This document shows, piece by piece, positions 29,040 to 38,952 of a stretch of DNA of 64,000 nt (position 1 is the first letter of the stretch; each line of letters begins with the position of its first letter). The stretch is from Abditibacteriaceae bacterium. Lineage in GTDB: Bacteria; Armatimonadota; Abditibacteriia; Abditibacteriales; Abditibacteriaceae. The translations under genes and the position numbers were made by a program. The stretch spans positions 3,264,001-3,328,000 of the forward strand of contig OZ255721.1 in assembly GCA_965277285.1 (NCBI GenBank), given 5' to 3'. The notes under the pieces were generated by a model. It made no database searches. It was not told the DNA's origin and saw only the letters and a list, made by a program, of their open reading frames with translations.

Positions 29040-29444
29040 TCAGTCTTCCAGCGGGTCGAGCAGCGCGTCGGCGGGAATTCCGGTGCCTTCCAGATCGCCT
29101 TCTTCCAAATCTTCGATGTCGATTTCGCCGGGCGTGTCGGATGCGATCATGTCGGGCGCGTGAATGTGGTCGTGCGAAGGGCCGCCGTCGGTCAATTCTT
29201 CGTCCAGGTCGCTTTCTAAGACTTCGCGGTAGCCTTCGCCTTCGGGCAAATCAGCGTCGAGATCGCTTTCGACCGGATCATCCAAATCGGCGCTGAGAAT
29301 GTCTTTATCGACCGCATTTTCCAGCGCATCGTCGTTCAAAGCCGAGGCGTTTTTGGTTTCATCCGTCGTTCGCTGCAAAGGCGCGGCTTCCAGATCGCGG
29401 AATTCGCCTTTGGACATATTGCCAAATTTCTTGTCGTCGTTCAT
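29040..29444 (-). CDS. Acidic hypothetical protein
   Basis: AAGGAG SD; 134-aa very D/E-rich ORF. Confidence 0.65.
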   Translation of the reverse strand: MNDDKKFGNMSKGEFRDLEAAPLQRTTDETKNASALNDDALENAVDKDILSADLDDPVESDLDADLPEGEGYREVLESDLDEELTDGGPSHDHIHAPDMIASDTPGEIDIEDLEEGDLEGTGIPADALLDPLED

Positions 29445-29653
29445 TCGTTTTCTCCTTCTCTTTCCTCAAGTCGTGCATTCCATTATAGCGAAACAGGCGC
29501 AAAATCGTGCGAGGTCAGGCGCATTTTTATGTGCCTTTCAAACGTTCCACAAACGCTTGTGCAACCTTTCACAGAGTGATAGAATAGCGCGGGTGCAGGT
29601 CGTCCCCGGATTTTTGCGCGCCCGCATCGAGTACTCGAAAAGGAATTGTTCCG

Positions 29654-30178
29654 TTGGCTGAATCTCTTGTTTTTTGCGTTGCGGCTTTGCTCACGCTCGG
29701 CTCGGCTGTGATGGTGATTTTGAATCGCCATCCGGTGCATTCGGCGCTGTTTCTGGTGCTCACCTTTTTGGGCCTGGCGATATTCTTCCTGCAATTACAC
29801 GCGCCGTTTCTGGCCGCCGTGCAAGTCATCGTTTACGCGGGCGCCATTATGGTGTTGTTCGTTTTCGTCATCATGCTGCTGGGCGAAGACAAACCTTTGC
29901 CATCTGAACGGCATCTGGGCGTTCAACTTCCGCTGGCGGTTGGGTTTCTTCTGTTCCTCGCGGCGGAGATCGGTTATCTGGTGTTTCGTCGCCCAACAGC
30001 GAACATCGCTGCGCCGCCGATGGTGCGCACAATTGGCAACGAAGACGTTTTGTTTGGCAGCGTCAAGGCGCTGGGAAATACGCTGTTTACCAATTATCTG
30101 TTCGCCTTTGAAGCGACTTCGGTCGTGCTGCTGATTGCGATGGTCGGCGTTGTGGTTCTGGCGAAGAAACGACTTTAA
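29654..30178 (+). CDS. nuoJ: NADH-quinone oxidoreductase subunit J
   Basis: HPVHSALFL, QVIVYAGAIMVLFVFVIML, FEATSVVLLIAMVG. Confidence 0.95.
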   Translation: MAESLVFCVAALLTLGSAVMVILNRHPVHSALFLVLTFLGLAIFFLQLHAPFLAAVQVIVYAGAIMVLFVFVIMLLGEDKPLPSERHLGVQLPLAVGFLLFLAAEIGYLVFRRPTANIAAPPMVRTIGNEDVLFGSVKALGNTLFTNYLFAFEATSVVLLIAMVGVVVLAKKRL

Positions 30179-30310
30179 CCGCCAGGGATGAGGTAAAAGG
30201 GACGAGGGACGAGTGTTCGCCGTCAGAGACATTTCACAATCGAGTACTCGAATCGTCGCATTAGCTTGAAAACTCATCTCTCATCCGTTTTACCTCATTC
30301 CTTCTCATTT

Positions 30311-30610
30311 ATGCCTACACTTTATTATCTTGCGGTGAGCGCGCTGTTGTTCACGATTGGCGTTTTAGGCGTTCTTATTCGGCGCAATGCGATCATCATT
30401 TTTATGTGCATCGAGATGATGCTGAACGCGGCGAACCTGGTGTTTGTGGCCACAGCGCGCGAGCTTCATCAAATGCAAGGTCAAACCTTTGTCTTTTTCG
30501 TGATGACGATTGCGGCCGCCGAAGTCGCGGTTGGCCTGGCGATTATTATTACGCTGTTCCGCAACCGCGAAACCATCGACGTGGACGAAGTGAATCTTTT
30601 GAAATTGTAA
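30311..30610 (+). CDS. nuoK: NADH-quinone oxidoreductase subunit K
   Basis: [30 protein letters not shown]. Confidence 0.97.
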   Translation: MPTLYYLAVSALLFTIGVLGVLIRRNAIIIFMCIEMMLNAANLVFVATARELHQMQGQTFVFFVMTIAAAEVAVGLAIIITLFRNRETIDVDEVNLLKL

Positions 30611-30653
30611 GCTGCGCGAATCGAGTACTCGATTCGCTTTTCACTGACTTTTT

Positions 30654-32612
30654 ATGCCTCTTTTTCTTATCGTTTTATTGCCGCTCCTCGGATTTCTCAT
30701 CAACGGCATCTTTGGCGCAAAGCTGAAGAAACCGCTGCCCGGAATTATCGCGTCGCTGGCGGTTTTGGCAGCGTTTGGCGTCGCAGTTATCAACTTTTTG
30801 AGTTTGTCGCAGATGCCAGAAAGTGGGCGTCAAATCGCGCAAACGGCTTATACGTGGATGAACGTTGGCACTTTCAAAGTCGATGTCGGGTTTTTGCTCG
30901 ATCCGCTTTCCGGCGTGATGATTTTGATTGTGACCGGCATCGGTTTCCTGATTCATCTCTATTCCATCGGCTACATGGCCGAAGATCATAATGATCCCGA
31001 AAGCAAACTTTACGCGCGCTACTTCACGTTTTTGAACTTGTTCATCGCGTTTATGACGCTGCTGATTCTGGCTGACAACTACCTTTTGATGTTCGTCGGC
31101 TGGGAAGGCGTCGGCCTGTGTTCCTATTTCCTGATCGGTTACTGGTTCAAGCGCGAAGACGCGGCGGCGGCCAGCAAAAAAGCGTTCATCGTCAACCGCA
31201 TCGGCGACATGGGCTTTTTGCTGGGCATGACCTTGATTTTCCTGACGACTGGAACGCTGAAGTATTTCAACGGCGGACAGGGCGTTCTGGATCGCGTTGG
31301 CAAAGATTTGGGCGTTTTTAGTACAGGTTTTGCGACGGATTACGCACATATGTTCGGTCTCAGCGGCGTGGCATTGATCACAATTTTGCTGTTCATCGGA
31401 TGCTGCGGAAAATCGGCGCAATTGCCTCTTTATACGTGGCTGCCAGACGCGATGGCTGGCCCGACGCCGGTTTCGGCCCTCATTCACGCTGCGACGATGG
31501 TGACGGCGGGCGTTTATATTTGCGCTCGTTCCGCTGCGTTGTTCGACATGGCGCCGGAAACCAAATTGATTATCGCGGTCGTTGGCGCTTTGACGGCAGT
31601 CATCGCCGGATTAACGGCACTCGCGCACAACGACATCAAGAAAGTTTTGGCGTACTCGACGGTTTCGCAGTTGGGAATTATGTTCGTCGGCATCGGTGCG
31701 GGCGCTTATTCCGCGGCGATTTTCCATGTTCTGACGCACGCGTTTTTCAAGGCGTGCTTGTTCTTAGGCGCCGGAAGCGTGATTCACGCTTTGCATGGCG
31801 AGCAGGATATGCGCAAAATGGGCGGCCTGAAAGCGAAAATGAAGATGACCAACATCACGTTTTTGCTGTCGGGCTTGGCGTTGGCGGGCGCGGTGCCGTT
31901 TTCCGGCTTCTTCTCCAAAGACGAAATCATCGGACAGGCTTTCAATTTGGGCGGCGTTTATCAAATTATCGCCTTTGCGATGTTGGCCGTCGCCTTTATT
32001 ACGGCGATGTACACGGGACGCCAATACGGGCAGGTTTTTGGCGGTGCGGCGCGCGACGAACATTTGGCGGAACACGCGCACGAATCGCCTTCGGTGATGA
32101 CGATTCCGCTGGTGATTTTGACGATTGGTGCCGTGTTCGCCGGACTTTTGGGTTTGCCGCACATCGGTGGGTTGCCGCAAATGCACGCTCTGGCCGACTG
32201 GCTCAGTCCGGTTTTCGCGCATTCGAGTACTGGAAGCAACGGCCAGGCCGCCGATGTCGCGCCGAACTTATTGATGTTGGGCGCGGGAGCCGTTATCAGT
32301 TGGCTGGGTTGGATTTTAGGTTTGGGAATGGGCAAAGGCGCCAGTCGTGCTTTGCTTCCCGATTCGACCGACAAAGTCTCGCTGGATGCGGTTTATGGTA
32401 CTGTTTTCGGGCGCGGCGGTTTTCGCCTGACGCAAGCCGCGCGCTGGGTTGATGAGAAAGTGATCGACGGCGTGGTCAATGGAATCGGCGGCGCGGTCGG
32501 CGCGATTTCCGGTGCGCTTCGCCAAACACAGACTTCGTTCGTGCGTAACTATGCGCTGGGCATGGCGCTGGGCGCGATTGTTTTGATCGCGCTCTTCGCG
32601 GTTAATCGTTAG
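30654..32612 (+). CDS. nuoL: NADH-quinone oxidoreductase subunit L
   Basis: GWEGVGLCSY, GKSAQLPLYTWLPDAMAGPTPVSALIHAATMV, THAFFKA. Confidence 0.97.
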   Translation: MPLFLIVLLPLLGFLINGIFGAKLKKPLPGIIASLAVLAAFGVAVINFLSLSQMPESGRQIAQTAYTWMNVGTFKVDVGFLLDPLSGVMILIVTGIGFLIHLYSIGYMAEDHNDPESKLYARYFTFLNLFIAFMTLLILADNYLLMFVGWEGVGLCSYFLIGYWFKREDAAAASKKAFIVNRIGDMGFLLGMTLIFLTTGTLKYFNGGQGVLDRVGKDLGVFSTGFATDYAHMFGLSGVALITILLFIGCCGKSAQLPLYTWLPDAMAGPTPVSALIHAATMVTAGVYICARSAALFDMAPETKLIIAVVGALTAVIAGLTALAHNDIKKVLAYSTVSQLGIMFVGIGAGAYSAAIFHVLTHAFFKACLFLGAGSVIHALHGEQDMRKMGGLKAKMKMTNITFLLSGLALAGAVPFSGFFSKDEIIGQAFNLGGVYQIIAFAMLAVAFITAMYTGRQYGQVFGGAARDEHLAEHAHESPSVMTIPLVILTIGAVFAGLLGLPHIGGLPQMHALADWLSPVFAHSSTGSNGQAADVAPNLLMLGAGAVISWLGWILGLGMGKGASRALLPDSTDKVSLDAVYGTVFGRGGFRLTQAARWVDEKVIDGVVNGIGGAVGAISGALRQTQTSFVRNYALGMALGAIVLIALFAVNR

Positions 32613-32614
32613 AC

Positions 32615-32694
32615 ATCAACGAACCCGAAGCGTGAGCGACGGGTCTTCGGGAAGTTGCAAGAAGACCCGTCGCTCACGCTTCGGGTTCGTTGAT
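32615..32694. repeat. REP-like hairpin, family C, between nuoL and nuoM
   Basis: Perfect arms of about 33 bp. Confidence 0.85.
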
Positions 32695-32722
32695 AACAAG
32701 TTAGAAGATATAAGTTTTCGTC

Positions 32723-34288
32723 ATGGATTTTTTCAATCATTCGGTTTTGAGCAGCCTGATTTTCTGTCCACTGGTGGGCGCGATTTTAGTGTCGCTGTTG
32801 CCGCGCAAAGTGGCGCGCGAAGGTGCGCTTGTCGTGGCGGCGATCAACCTGTTTTTCGCGTTGCATCTGGTGTTTCACTGGAACGATGCGGCTGTCGCGG
32901 CGGGCAAGTTTCGCTTTGATGAAAGTGGCTCATGGTTACCGCAATTGGGCGTGACTTATCATTTAGGCGTGGATGGAATCAGTGTCGGCCTGGTTTTGCT
33001 TACCGCGTTTTTAACGCCTTTGGTTGTGCTTTCTTCATGGAAAGTGGCGCAGCGCACCAAAGAGTTTATGGTGTGCTTGCTGCTTTTGGAATCCGCTGCG
33101 ATTGGCGTTTTTTGCGCGCTCGATGTGATTTTGTTTTACATCTTCTTCGAGGCGGTTCTGGTTCCGAGTTTGTTGCTGATTGGCATCTGGGGCGGCGCGC
33201 GTCGCGCGTATGCGAGTATTAAGTTCTTCGTTTATACGATGGCGGGTAGCGTCCTGATGTGGGTGGCAATGCTGTATGTGTACTTTTCGCAGCCATCGGG
33301 TACTCGGTCTTTCGATTTGGCGGCTTTTGGCGATGCGGCGCGCACGCTGGACAGCAACAGCAACGCGGCGGTCTGGCTTTTTGCGGCGTTCGCGCTGGCT
33401 TTTGGAATTAAAGCGGCACTATTTCCCTTACATACTTGGCTGCCGGACGCTTATCCAGAAGCGCCAACCGGCGGCGCGGTGATGCTGGCGGCGGTTTTGT
33501 CGAAGATGGGTATTTATGGATTCCTGCGTTTTGCGATTCCGTTTTTCCCTGGCACGGCGCACGATTTTGCACCGCTGATTATGATTCTGGCGGTTGTCGG
33601 CATTATTTACGGCGCAATGCTGGCGATCAATCAAACCGACATCAAACGCGTCATCGCTTATTCATCGGTTTCTCACCTGGCTTTAATCGTGCTGGGCGTT
33701 TTTGCGGCGTTGAGCGCAGGCAAATACGCGGATCTGGTTTTGAGTGGCGCGACCGTGCAAATGGTTTCGCATGGGCTTTCGACCGCCGCGTTGTTCTTGC
33801 TACTGGGCGTTTTGCTGGATCGCGTGCCGCACCGCGAAATGGGCGCTTTCGGCGGCTTGGCGAGCGTAATGCCGCGCTTCACAGTTTTGTTCTGGATCGC
33901 GCTTTTCGCGTCGATTGGCTTGCCGGGATTAAGTGGTTTCGTCGGGGAATACCTGATATTTCAAGGCGTGATGGCCTCCGGTTTCTGGATGGCGGCGTTG
34001 GCCACGACGACCGTTGTTTTGGGCGCGATTTATATGCTGCGCTTGTTCCGCAATACGATGTATGGCGAAGTCGACCATAGCGAAAATGCAGCTCTGCCCG
34101 ACATCAACGCGCGCGAATTTTTCGCTGTCGCAGCGATTCTGGCGGTCATCGTGTGGATTGGCGTGGCGCCGCAAGGCTTGCTCGATATGATCGGCGCGGA
34201 CGCGAAAAATGTCGCCGCAGTCGCGCAAGCCTCACCGTCTTTAACCAAAAACAAATGGGCGGAATTGCCGCGCAAAGCTGTACAGTAA
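32723..34288 (+). CDS. nuoM: NADH-quinone oxidoreductase subunit M
   Basis: LGVDGIS, FPLHTWLPDAY.EAP, KMGIYG, IAYSSVSH, GLPGLSGFVGE. Confidence 0.97.
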   Translation: MDFFNHSVLSSLIFCPLVGAILVSLLPRKVAREGALVVAAINLFFALHLVFHWNDAAVAAGKFRFDESGSWLPQLGVTYHLGVDGISVGLVLLTAFLTPLVVLSSWKVAQRTKEFMVCLLLLESAAIGVFCALDVILFYIFFEAVLVPSLLLIGIWGGARRAYASIKFFVYTMAGSVLMWVAMLYVYFSQPSGTRSFDLAAFGDAARTLDSNSNAAVWLFAAFALAFGIKAALFPLHTWLPDAYPEAPTGGAVMLAAVLSKMGIYGFLRFAIPFFPGTAHDFAPLIMILAVVGIIYGAMLAINQTDIKRVIAYSSVSHLALIVLGVFAALSAGKYADLVLSGATVQMVSHGLSTAALFLLLGVLLDRVPHREMGAFGGLASVMPRFTVLFWIALFASIGLPGLSGFVGEYLIFQGVMASGFWMAALATTTVVLGAIYMLRLFRNTMYGEVDHSENAALPDINAREFFAVAAILAVIVWIGVAPQGLLDMIGADAKNVAAVAQASPSLTKNKWAELPRKAVQ

Positions 34289-34327
34289 GAGTAGACACTC
34301 CATAAACGGATTTAGCTTCCGAAGCCT

Positions 34328-34402
34328 TCAGTTCATTATTCTGAACGAAACGAAGAGTCTAACTATAATCAGATTTTTCACTACGCTCAGAATGACGAAC
34401 TG
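34328..34402. repeat. Degenerate family A hairpin
   Basis: Decayed arms ending GCTCAGAATGAC. Confidence 0.6.
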
Positions 34403-34470
34403 ACAGTTTCCTACTTTGCTTCCTTGATAAAAGAAATTTCAACGTTTCGAGTACTCGATCTTCTTTTCTT

Positions 34471-36156
34471 ATGACACTCGATCAAATGTCGTCCGGATTT
34501 AATCTCGCTGTTTTGTCGCCCGAAATTCTGCTCACGGTTTTCGCGGTTCTGGTTTTGTTGGCGGGCGCTTTCCTTGATGCGAAAGCCCAGAAAACCGCCT
34601 TGCCGCTGCTGGCTTTGGTGGGCGTGGCCGCTTCGGGCGCCAGCATGCGGGCTTTGTGGAACGAAGACCTGCTCTTTGGCTCGTCGCAAAGTTCGATTTA
34701 TGTGGCAGATAATTTCGCGCTGTTCTTCAACTGGATTTTTCTGCTGGGATTGGGCGTTTCGGTTTTGCTCAGCGGACGTTTTGCTACAGCACGCGGCGGC
34801 GACCGAGGCGCAGTTTCCGGCGAATATCTCGGATTGATGATGCTCTCGACTGTCGGCATGATGTTTGTGGCCGGAGCGCGCGATCTTCTGGTCGTCTTTC
34901 TGGGCATCGAAACGCTGTCAATTGCGCTTTATGTATTGGCGGGTTTCGCGCGCACGCGCTTGATGAGCAACGAAGCGGCCTTGAAGTATTTTCTATTGGG
35001 CGCCTTTGCAACCGGCTTTTTGCTGTATGGAATCGCGCTGACGTATTACGCCACAAGCTCGACTTCGCTGCCTGTTATTGCGGCCAACCTCTCGCAGGGC
35101 GCGGTTCGTTCGCAGGGCGTTTTATACGTCGGCGTGGCGATGTTGCTGATCGGCCTGGGTTTCAAAGCGGCGTTAGTGCCTTTCCATCAATGGACGCCAG
35201 ATGTTTACGAAGGCTCGCCGACACCTGTCACAGCGTTTATGGCGACGGGCGCTAAAGCTGCCGCGTTTGCCGCCTTGATGCGTGTTTTCGGCGGAGCGTT
35301 CGCGCCTTTGGCACCGCAGCTTCATCCGTTTTTGCTGGTTTTGTCCGTCTTGACGATGACGGTCGGTAACGTGATTGCGATTTCGCAGGACAGCATAAAG
35401 CGAATGCTGGCGTATTCATCCATCGCGCACGCTGGTTATTTGCTGATGGGCGTTCTGGCCGCTTCGAGCGCGCTTTATCGTGGACAAACTGACGCCGCGC
35501 AAGGTGCGACGGCGGCGGTTTTGTTCTACCTTTTGTGCTACACGCTGATGAATCTGGGCGCCTTTGCCGTCTTGATTTATCTGGAGAACGCGCGCAGCAC
35601 ACGAGCGCGCCAATCGAGTACTGGAATGGTGGACGGCGTGCTACCGGTTTCGCCGCGCGGCGACAATTTCGATAGCGAAGACGCCAACCTGAAAATGTCG
35701 GATTTGGCGGGCTTGGGCTGGCGCGAACCGATGATGGCCGCGATGCTGACGTTGTTCTTGCTATCACTGGCGGGTATTCCTCCATTAGCCGGTTTCTTCG
35801 GAAAACTGGCGATCTTTAATAGCACCATCGGGCAGGGAATGTGGGGCTTGGTCGTCGTCGGCGCCATCAATACCGTGATTTCGGTTTACTACTATTTGCG
35901 CCCCGTTGTTTCAATGTATATGGGCGATAACGTTGGCGAAGCGGCTGCCGCGACGAGTTTGGTCGCCGCTCCATCCAGCGACGCGATTGTGCCAGGCGCA
36001 AGCGGCGAAGCAACCATCGCCGCACGTCCAATTGCTCTACCAATTGGCGCTTTGCTGGCGATTGTCCTATGCGCTGTCGCCGTCGCCGCGATGTTCATCC
36101 TGCAGACTGCCGCACTCGGCTGGGCACAAGAAGCGGCTGCATCGTTTATAAAATAA
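34471..36156 (+). CDS. nuoN: NADH-quinone oxidoreductase subunit N
   Basis: EAALKYFLLGA, FKAALVPFHQWTPDVYEGSP, KRMLAYSSIAHAGY, SLAGIPPLAGF. Confidence 0.97.
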   Translation: MTLDQMSSGFNLAVLSPEILLTVFAVLVLLAGAFLDAKAQKTALPLLALVGVAASGASMRALWNEDLLFGSSQSSIYVADNFALFFNWIFLLGLGVSVLLSGRFATARGGDRGAVSGEYLGLMMLSTVGMMFVAGARDLLVVFLGIETLSIALYVLAGFARTRLMSNEAALKYFLLGAFATGFLLYGIALTYYATSSTSLPVIAANLSQGAVRSQGVLYVGVAMLLIGLGFKAALVPFHQWTPDVYEGSPTPVTAFMATGAKAAAFAALMRVFGGAFAPLAPQLHPFLLVLSVLTMTVGNVIAISQDSIKRMLAYSSIAHAGYLLMGVLAASSALYRGQTDAAQGATAAVLFYLLCYTLMNLGAFAVLIYLENARSTRARQSSTGMVDGVLPVSPRGDNFDSEDANLKMSDLAGLGWREPMMAAMLTLFLLSLAGIPPLAGFFGKLAIFNSTIGQGMWGLVVVGAINTVISVYYYLRPVVSMYMGDNVGEAAAATSLVAAPSSDAIVPGASGEATIAARPIALPIGALLAIVLCAVAVAAMFILQTAALGWAQEAAASFIK

Positions 36157-36225
36157 GCTACAAAGACATTTACCCAAAGAGCAACTCACATAGAGAAGGC
36201 ATCAAGTACTAGAAAGTGATAACAA

Positions 36226-36292
36226 TGTCATTCTGAGCACGGCGAAGAATCTATATAAGAAGTTAAATTCTTTACTGCGCTCAGAATGACAA
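36226..36292. repeat. Family A hairpin
   Basis: TGTCATTCTGAGC...GCTCAGAATGACA. Confidence 0.75.
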
Positions 36293-36368
36293 ACTCATAA
36301 TTACACGGCTTCTGTCCTTCCTGTCCTTTGTGTCTTTGTGGTTCTACCTCTTTCGAGTACTCAATTCT

Positions 36369-37010
36369 ATGATTTCGCGCATTACCGGCAAGTTGATTGA
36401 TCGTGGCGATGGCTTTCTGGTCGTCGATGTCGGCGGCCTGGCGTATCACGTCGCGGTGCCGCTGGTCGTCGAACGCGCCTTGGAAGGTACGCTCGAAGGC
36501 GAAATTCTGACGCTGGAAACGATTTACTACTTGCAAGTCGAGCAAACGCGTGCGACGCCAGTGCTCATCGGTTTTCAGAACGCGATTCAACGCGAGTTTT
36601 TCGACAAACTCTTGACGGTTCCTCGCATGGGGCCAAAGGGCGCGATGAGTGCATTCGCGCGCCCCGTTTCGACGATTGCCGCTGCCATAGAAAGCGCCAA
36701 CGACACGGTTTTGCAAAGTCTGCCCGGCGTCGGAAAGCAAAAAGCGCGCGATATGGTGGCGACGTTGCAAGGCAAATTGGCCAAGTTCGCCTTGATGCAG
36801 GACAGCGATCTGGAAAAACGCTTGGGACCAACCGCGCCTGACTTGCACGCTGTCGGCGAAGAATCGCTGCAGCTCTTAATTATGCTGGGACACAAGCGCC
36901 CCGAAGCCGAAAAAATGGTGCGCGAAGCCTTAGCGTCTGAAAAAGACGTTCCCGACGCCGAAACTCTGGTGCGCGTCATTTATCGTCGTCAGCAGGAAGC
37001 GAAGAAGTAA
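36369..37010 (+). CDS. ruvA: Holliday junction branch migration protein RuvA
   Basis: MISRITGKL, VVDVGGLAY, F..LLTVPRMGPK, LPGVGKQKA HhH motifs, C-terminal L..LG domain. Confidence 0.88.
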   Translation: MISRITGKLIDRGDGFLVVDVGGLAYHVAVPLVVERALEGTLEGEILTLETIYYLQVEQTRATPVLIGFQNAIQREFFDKLLTVPRMGPKGAMSAFARPVSTIAAAIESANDTVLQSLPGVGKQKARDMVATLQGKLAKFALMQDSDLEKRLGPTAPDLHAVGEESLQLLIMLGHKRPEAEKMVREALASEKDVPDAETLVRVIYRRQQEAKK

Positions 37011-37069
37011 GCATATCTTTTCATGTTGAATGGCGAAATCGGAACAAACTGCAGAACTTCCTCTGTCAC

Positions 37070-37109
37070 AAGAAAAGCGTCTATCGAGTACTCGATAGAC
37101 GCTTTTCTT
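37070..37109. terminator. 40-bp perfect palindrome centred on the 12-mer, between convergent ruvA and nuoI
   Basis: AAGAAAAGCGTCTATCGAGT|ACTCGATAGACGCTTTTCTT. Confidence 0.75.
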
Positions 37110-37122
37110 TGTTATAAATCAC

Positions 37123-37668
37123 TCACCAAACGCGGTCGTGATCGGGATTCTGCTCCAAGCGTTCGTCTAAGGCTTCAGAAAGCGGGTCGGGTTTGCCTTC
37201 GCCAGCGTTGACGAGCATCATTTCTTTGGTAAAGATGAAGCCGTCGCGGGTTGTCCAACTGTGCTGCTCGTCCTGCTCGTCCACCATCTTGTAATCGTGG
37301 CCAAGTTGCACGGCGCCCGTCGGGCAGGCTTCTTCGCAGTAGCCGCAGAAAATGCAGCGCAGCATATTGATTTCGTAACGCGCGGCATAACGCTCGCCGG
37401 GCGAAACGCGATTTTCCGGCGTGTTCTCCGCCGCTTCAACCCAGATCGCTTCCGCCGGACAAGCGGCGGCGCACAGGCTGCAGCCGATACATTTTTCCAA
37501 TCCGTTTTCGTATTTGTTCAAGATGTGGCGTCCGCGAAAGCGCAGAGGACGTGGTTTTTCGCGTTCGGGATATTGAACCGTCATCATTTCGCCACCCGCG
37601 ACGGTGCCCAACGCGTGGCGCAACGTGCGTCCCATGCCCTTGATGATGCCAGTCGGTAAAATCTTCAT
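37123..37668 (-). CDS. nuoI: NADH-quinone oxidoreductase subunit I
   Basis: [31 protein letters not shown]. Confidence 0.97.
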   Translation of the reverse strand: MKILPTGIIKGMGRTLRHALGTVAGGEMMTVQYPEREKPRPLRFRGRHILNKYENGLEKCIGCSLCAAACPAEAIWVEAAENTPENRVSPGERYAARYEINMLRCIFCGYCEEACPTGAVQLGHDYKMVDEQDEQHSWTTRDGFIFTKEMMLVNAGEGKPDPLSEALDERLEQNPDHDRVW

Positions 37669-37720
37669 AAGAATTCGTCCTTCGAGTACTCGATTCGTGC
37701 GACCAACGCCTTAAAACGCC

Positions 37721-38815
37721 TTACCAACCGCTGACGCCTTTCCAATGGTTCCACGCCGCAATCCAGACTGCCATCACGAAGATGTTGGCCAGGCTGATCG
37801 GAACCAGGCGTTTCCAGCCAAAGTTCATCAATTGATCGTAGCGGAAACGTGGCAAAGACGCGCGCAGCCAGATGTAAAGGAACAAAAACCCGAACATCTT
37901 GATGACAAAATAGACCACGCCGAGCAGCGCCATCGCAATGTGCGCCAGATTGCCGTTGTCAATGAGCAAGTGTCCGGTTTGCGGGCTGACATCGAAACTG
38001 ACGCCCGGGCCGCTCCAGCCTCCGAAGAACAACGTCGTCGCCAGCGCGGAAACCGTCACCATGTTGACGTATTCGGCCATAAAAAACATGGCGAACTTGA
38101 AGCTGGAATATTCCGTGTGAAAACCCGCCACCAATTCGCTTTCCGCTTCGGCCAAGTCGAACGGCGCGCGGTTCGTTTCGGCAATGCCGCAGATAATATA
38201 AACTAGAAACGCCACAAACATCGTCGGCGCGCGGAAAATGTTCCAGGCGAAAATGTTCAGGCCGCCACCTGCGTATTGGCGCTCGACAATTTCGCGCAAG
38301 TCTAGCGTTTGCGTGATCATCAGCAGCGCGATGATGGACAACCCCATTCCCAGTTCGTAGGAAATCATCTGCGAGGCCGAGCGAATCGCGCCCATCAGCG
38401 AATATTTGTTATTGCTCGCCCAACCCGCCAGCGCAATCGCATAAACCGCCAGCGACGACAGCGCAAGCGAGTAGAGCAGCGAATTGTTCAAATCGGTGAT
38501 GCGCGTCCACGAAGCCGGGCCAAACGGAATCACGGCGCACGCCAGCAGCGCCGGAACCATCGCCATAAAAGGCGCCAGAAAATACAGCGTTTTATCGACA
38601 CCGGCGGGCGTGATGTCTTCTTTCATCATCAGCTTGACGGCATCGGCAATCGGTTGCATCAAGCCCAGCGGACCCGTCCGGTTCGGCCCGACGCGCAATT
38701 GGAAATACGCGACGATCTTGCGCTCCAGATAAATCAGGGCGGGAACCATCGTCATCACGCCGGCGAAAATGACGACGACCTTGATGAACATCAACACGAA
38801 ATCTAAAAATGTCAC
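37721..38815 (-). CDS. nuoH: NADH-quinone oxidoreductase subunit H
   Basis: ERKIVAYFQLRVGPNR, QPIADAVKL..KE, AETNRAPFDLAEAESELVAG, PRFRYDQLM; start uncertain. Confidence 0.97.
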   Translation of the reverse strand: MTFLDFVLMFIKVVVIFAGVMTMVPALIYLERKIVAYFQLRVGPNRTGPLGLMQPIADAVKLMMKEDITPAGVDKTLYFLAPFMAMVPALLACAVIPFGPASWTRITDLNNSLLYSLALSSLAVYAIALAGWASNNKYSLMGAIRSASQMISYELGMGLSIIALLMITQTLDLREIVERQYAGGGLNIFAWNIFRAPTMFVAFLVYIICGIAETNRAPFDLAEAESELVAGFHTEYSSFKFAMFFMAEYVNMVTVSALATTLFFGGWSGPGVSFDVSPQTGHLLIDNGNLAHIAMALLGVVYFVIKMFGFLFLYIWLRASLPRFRYDQLMNFGWKRLVPISLANIFVMAVWIAAWNHWKGVSGW

Positions 38816-38952
38816 AGTTTTCAGCCTCTTTTTTAATAGCCACAAAGAACACAGAGTTCACAAAGAAGAGAACAGGGGAATCGAGTACTCGAAGTTGGTA
38901 GATAGTTGGCGCCTGGTAGGGGCGAGGCATGACTCGCCCCTACATTTCAATT

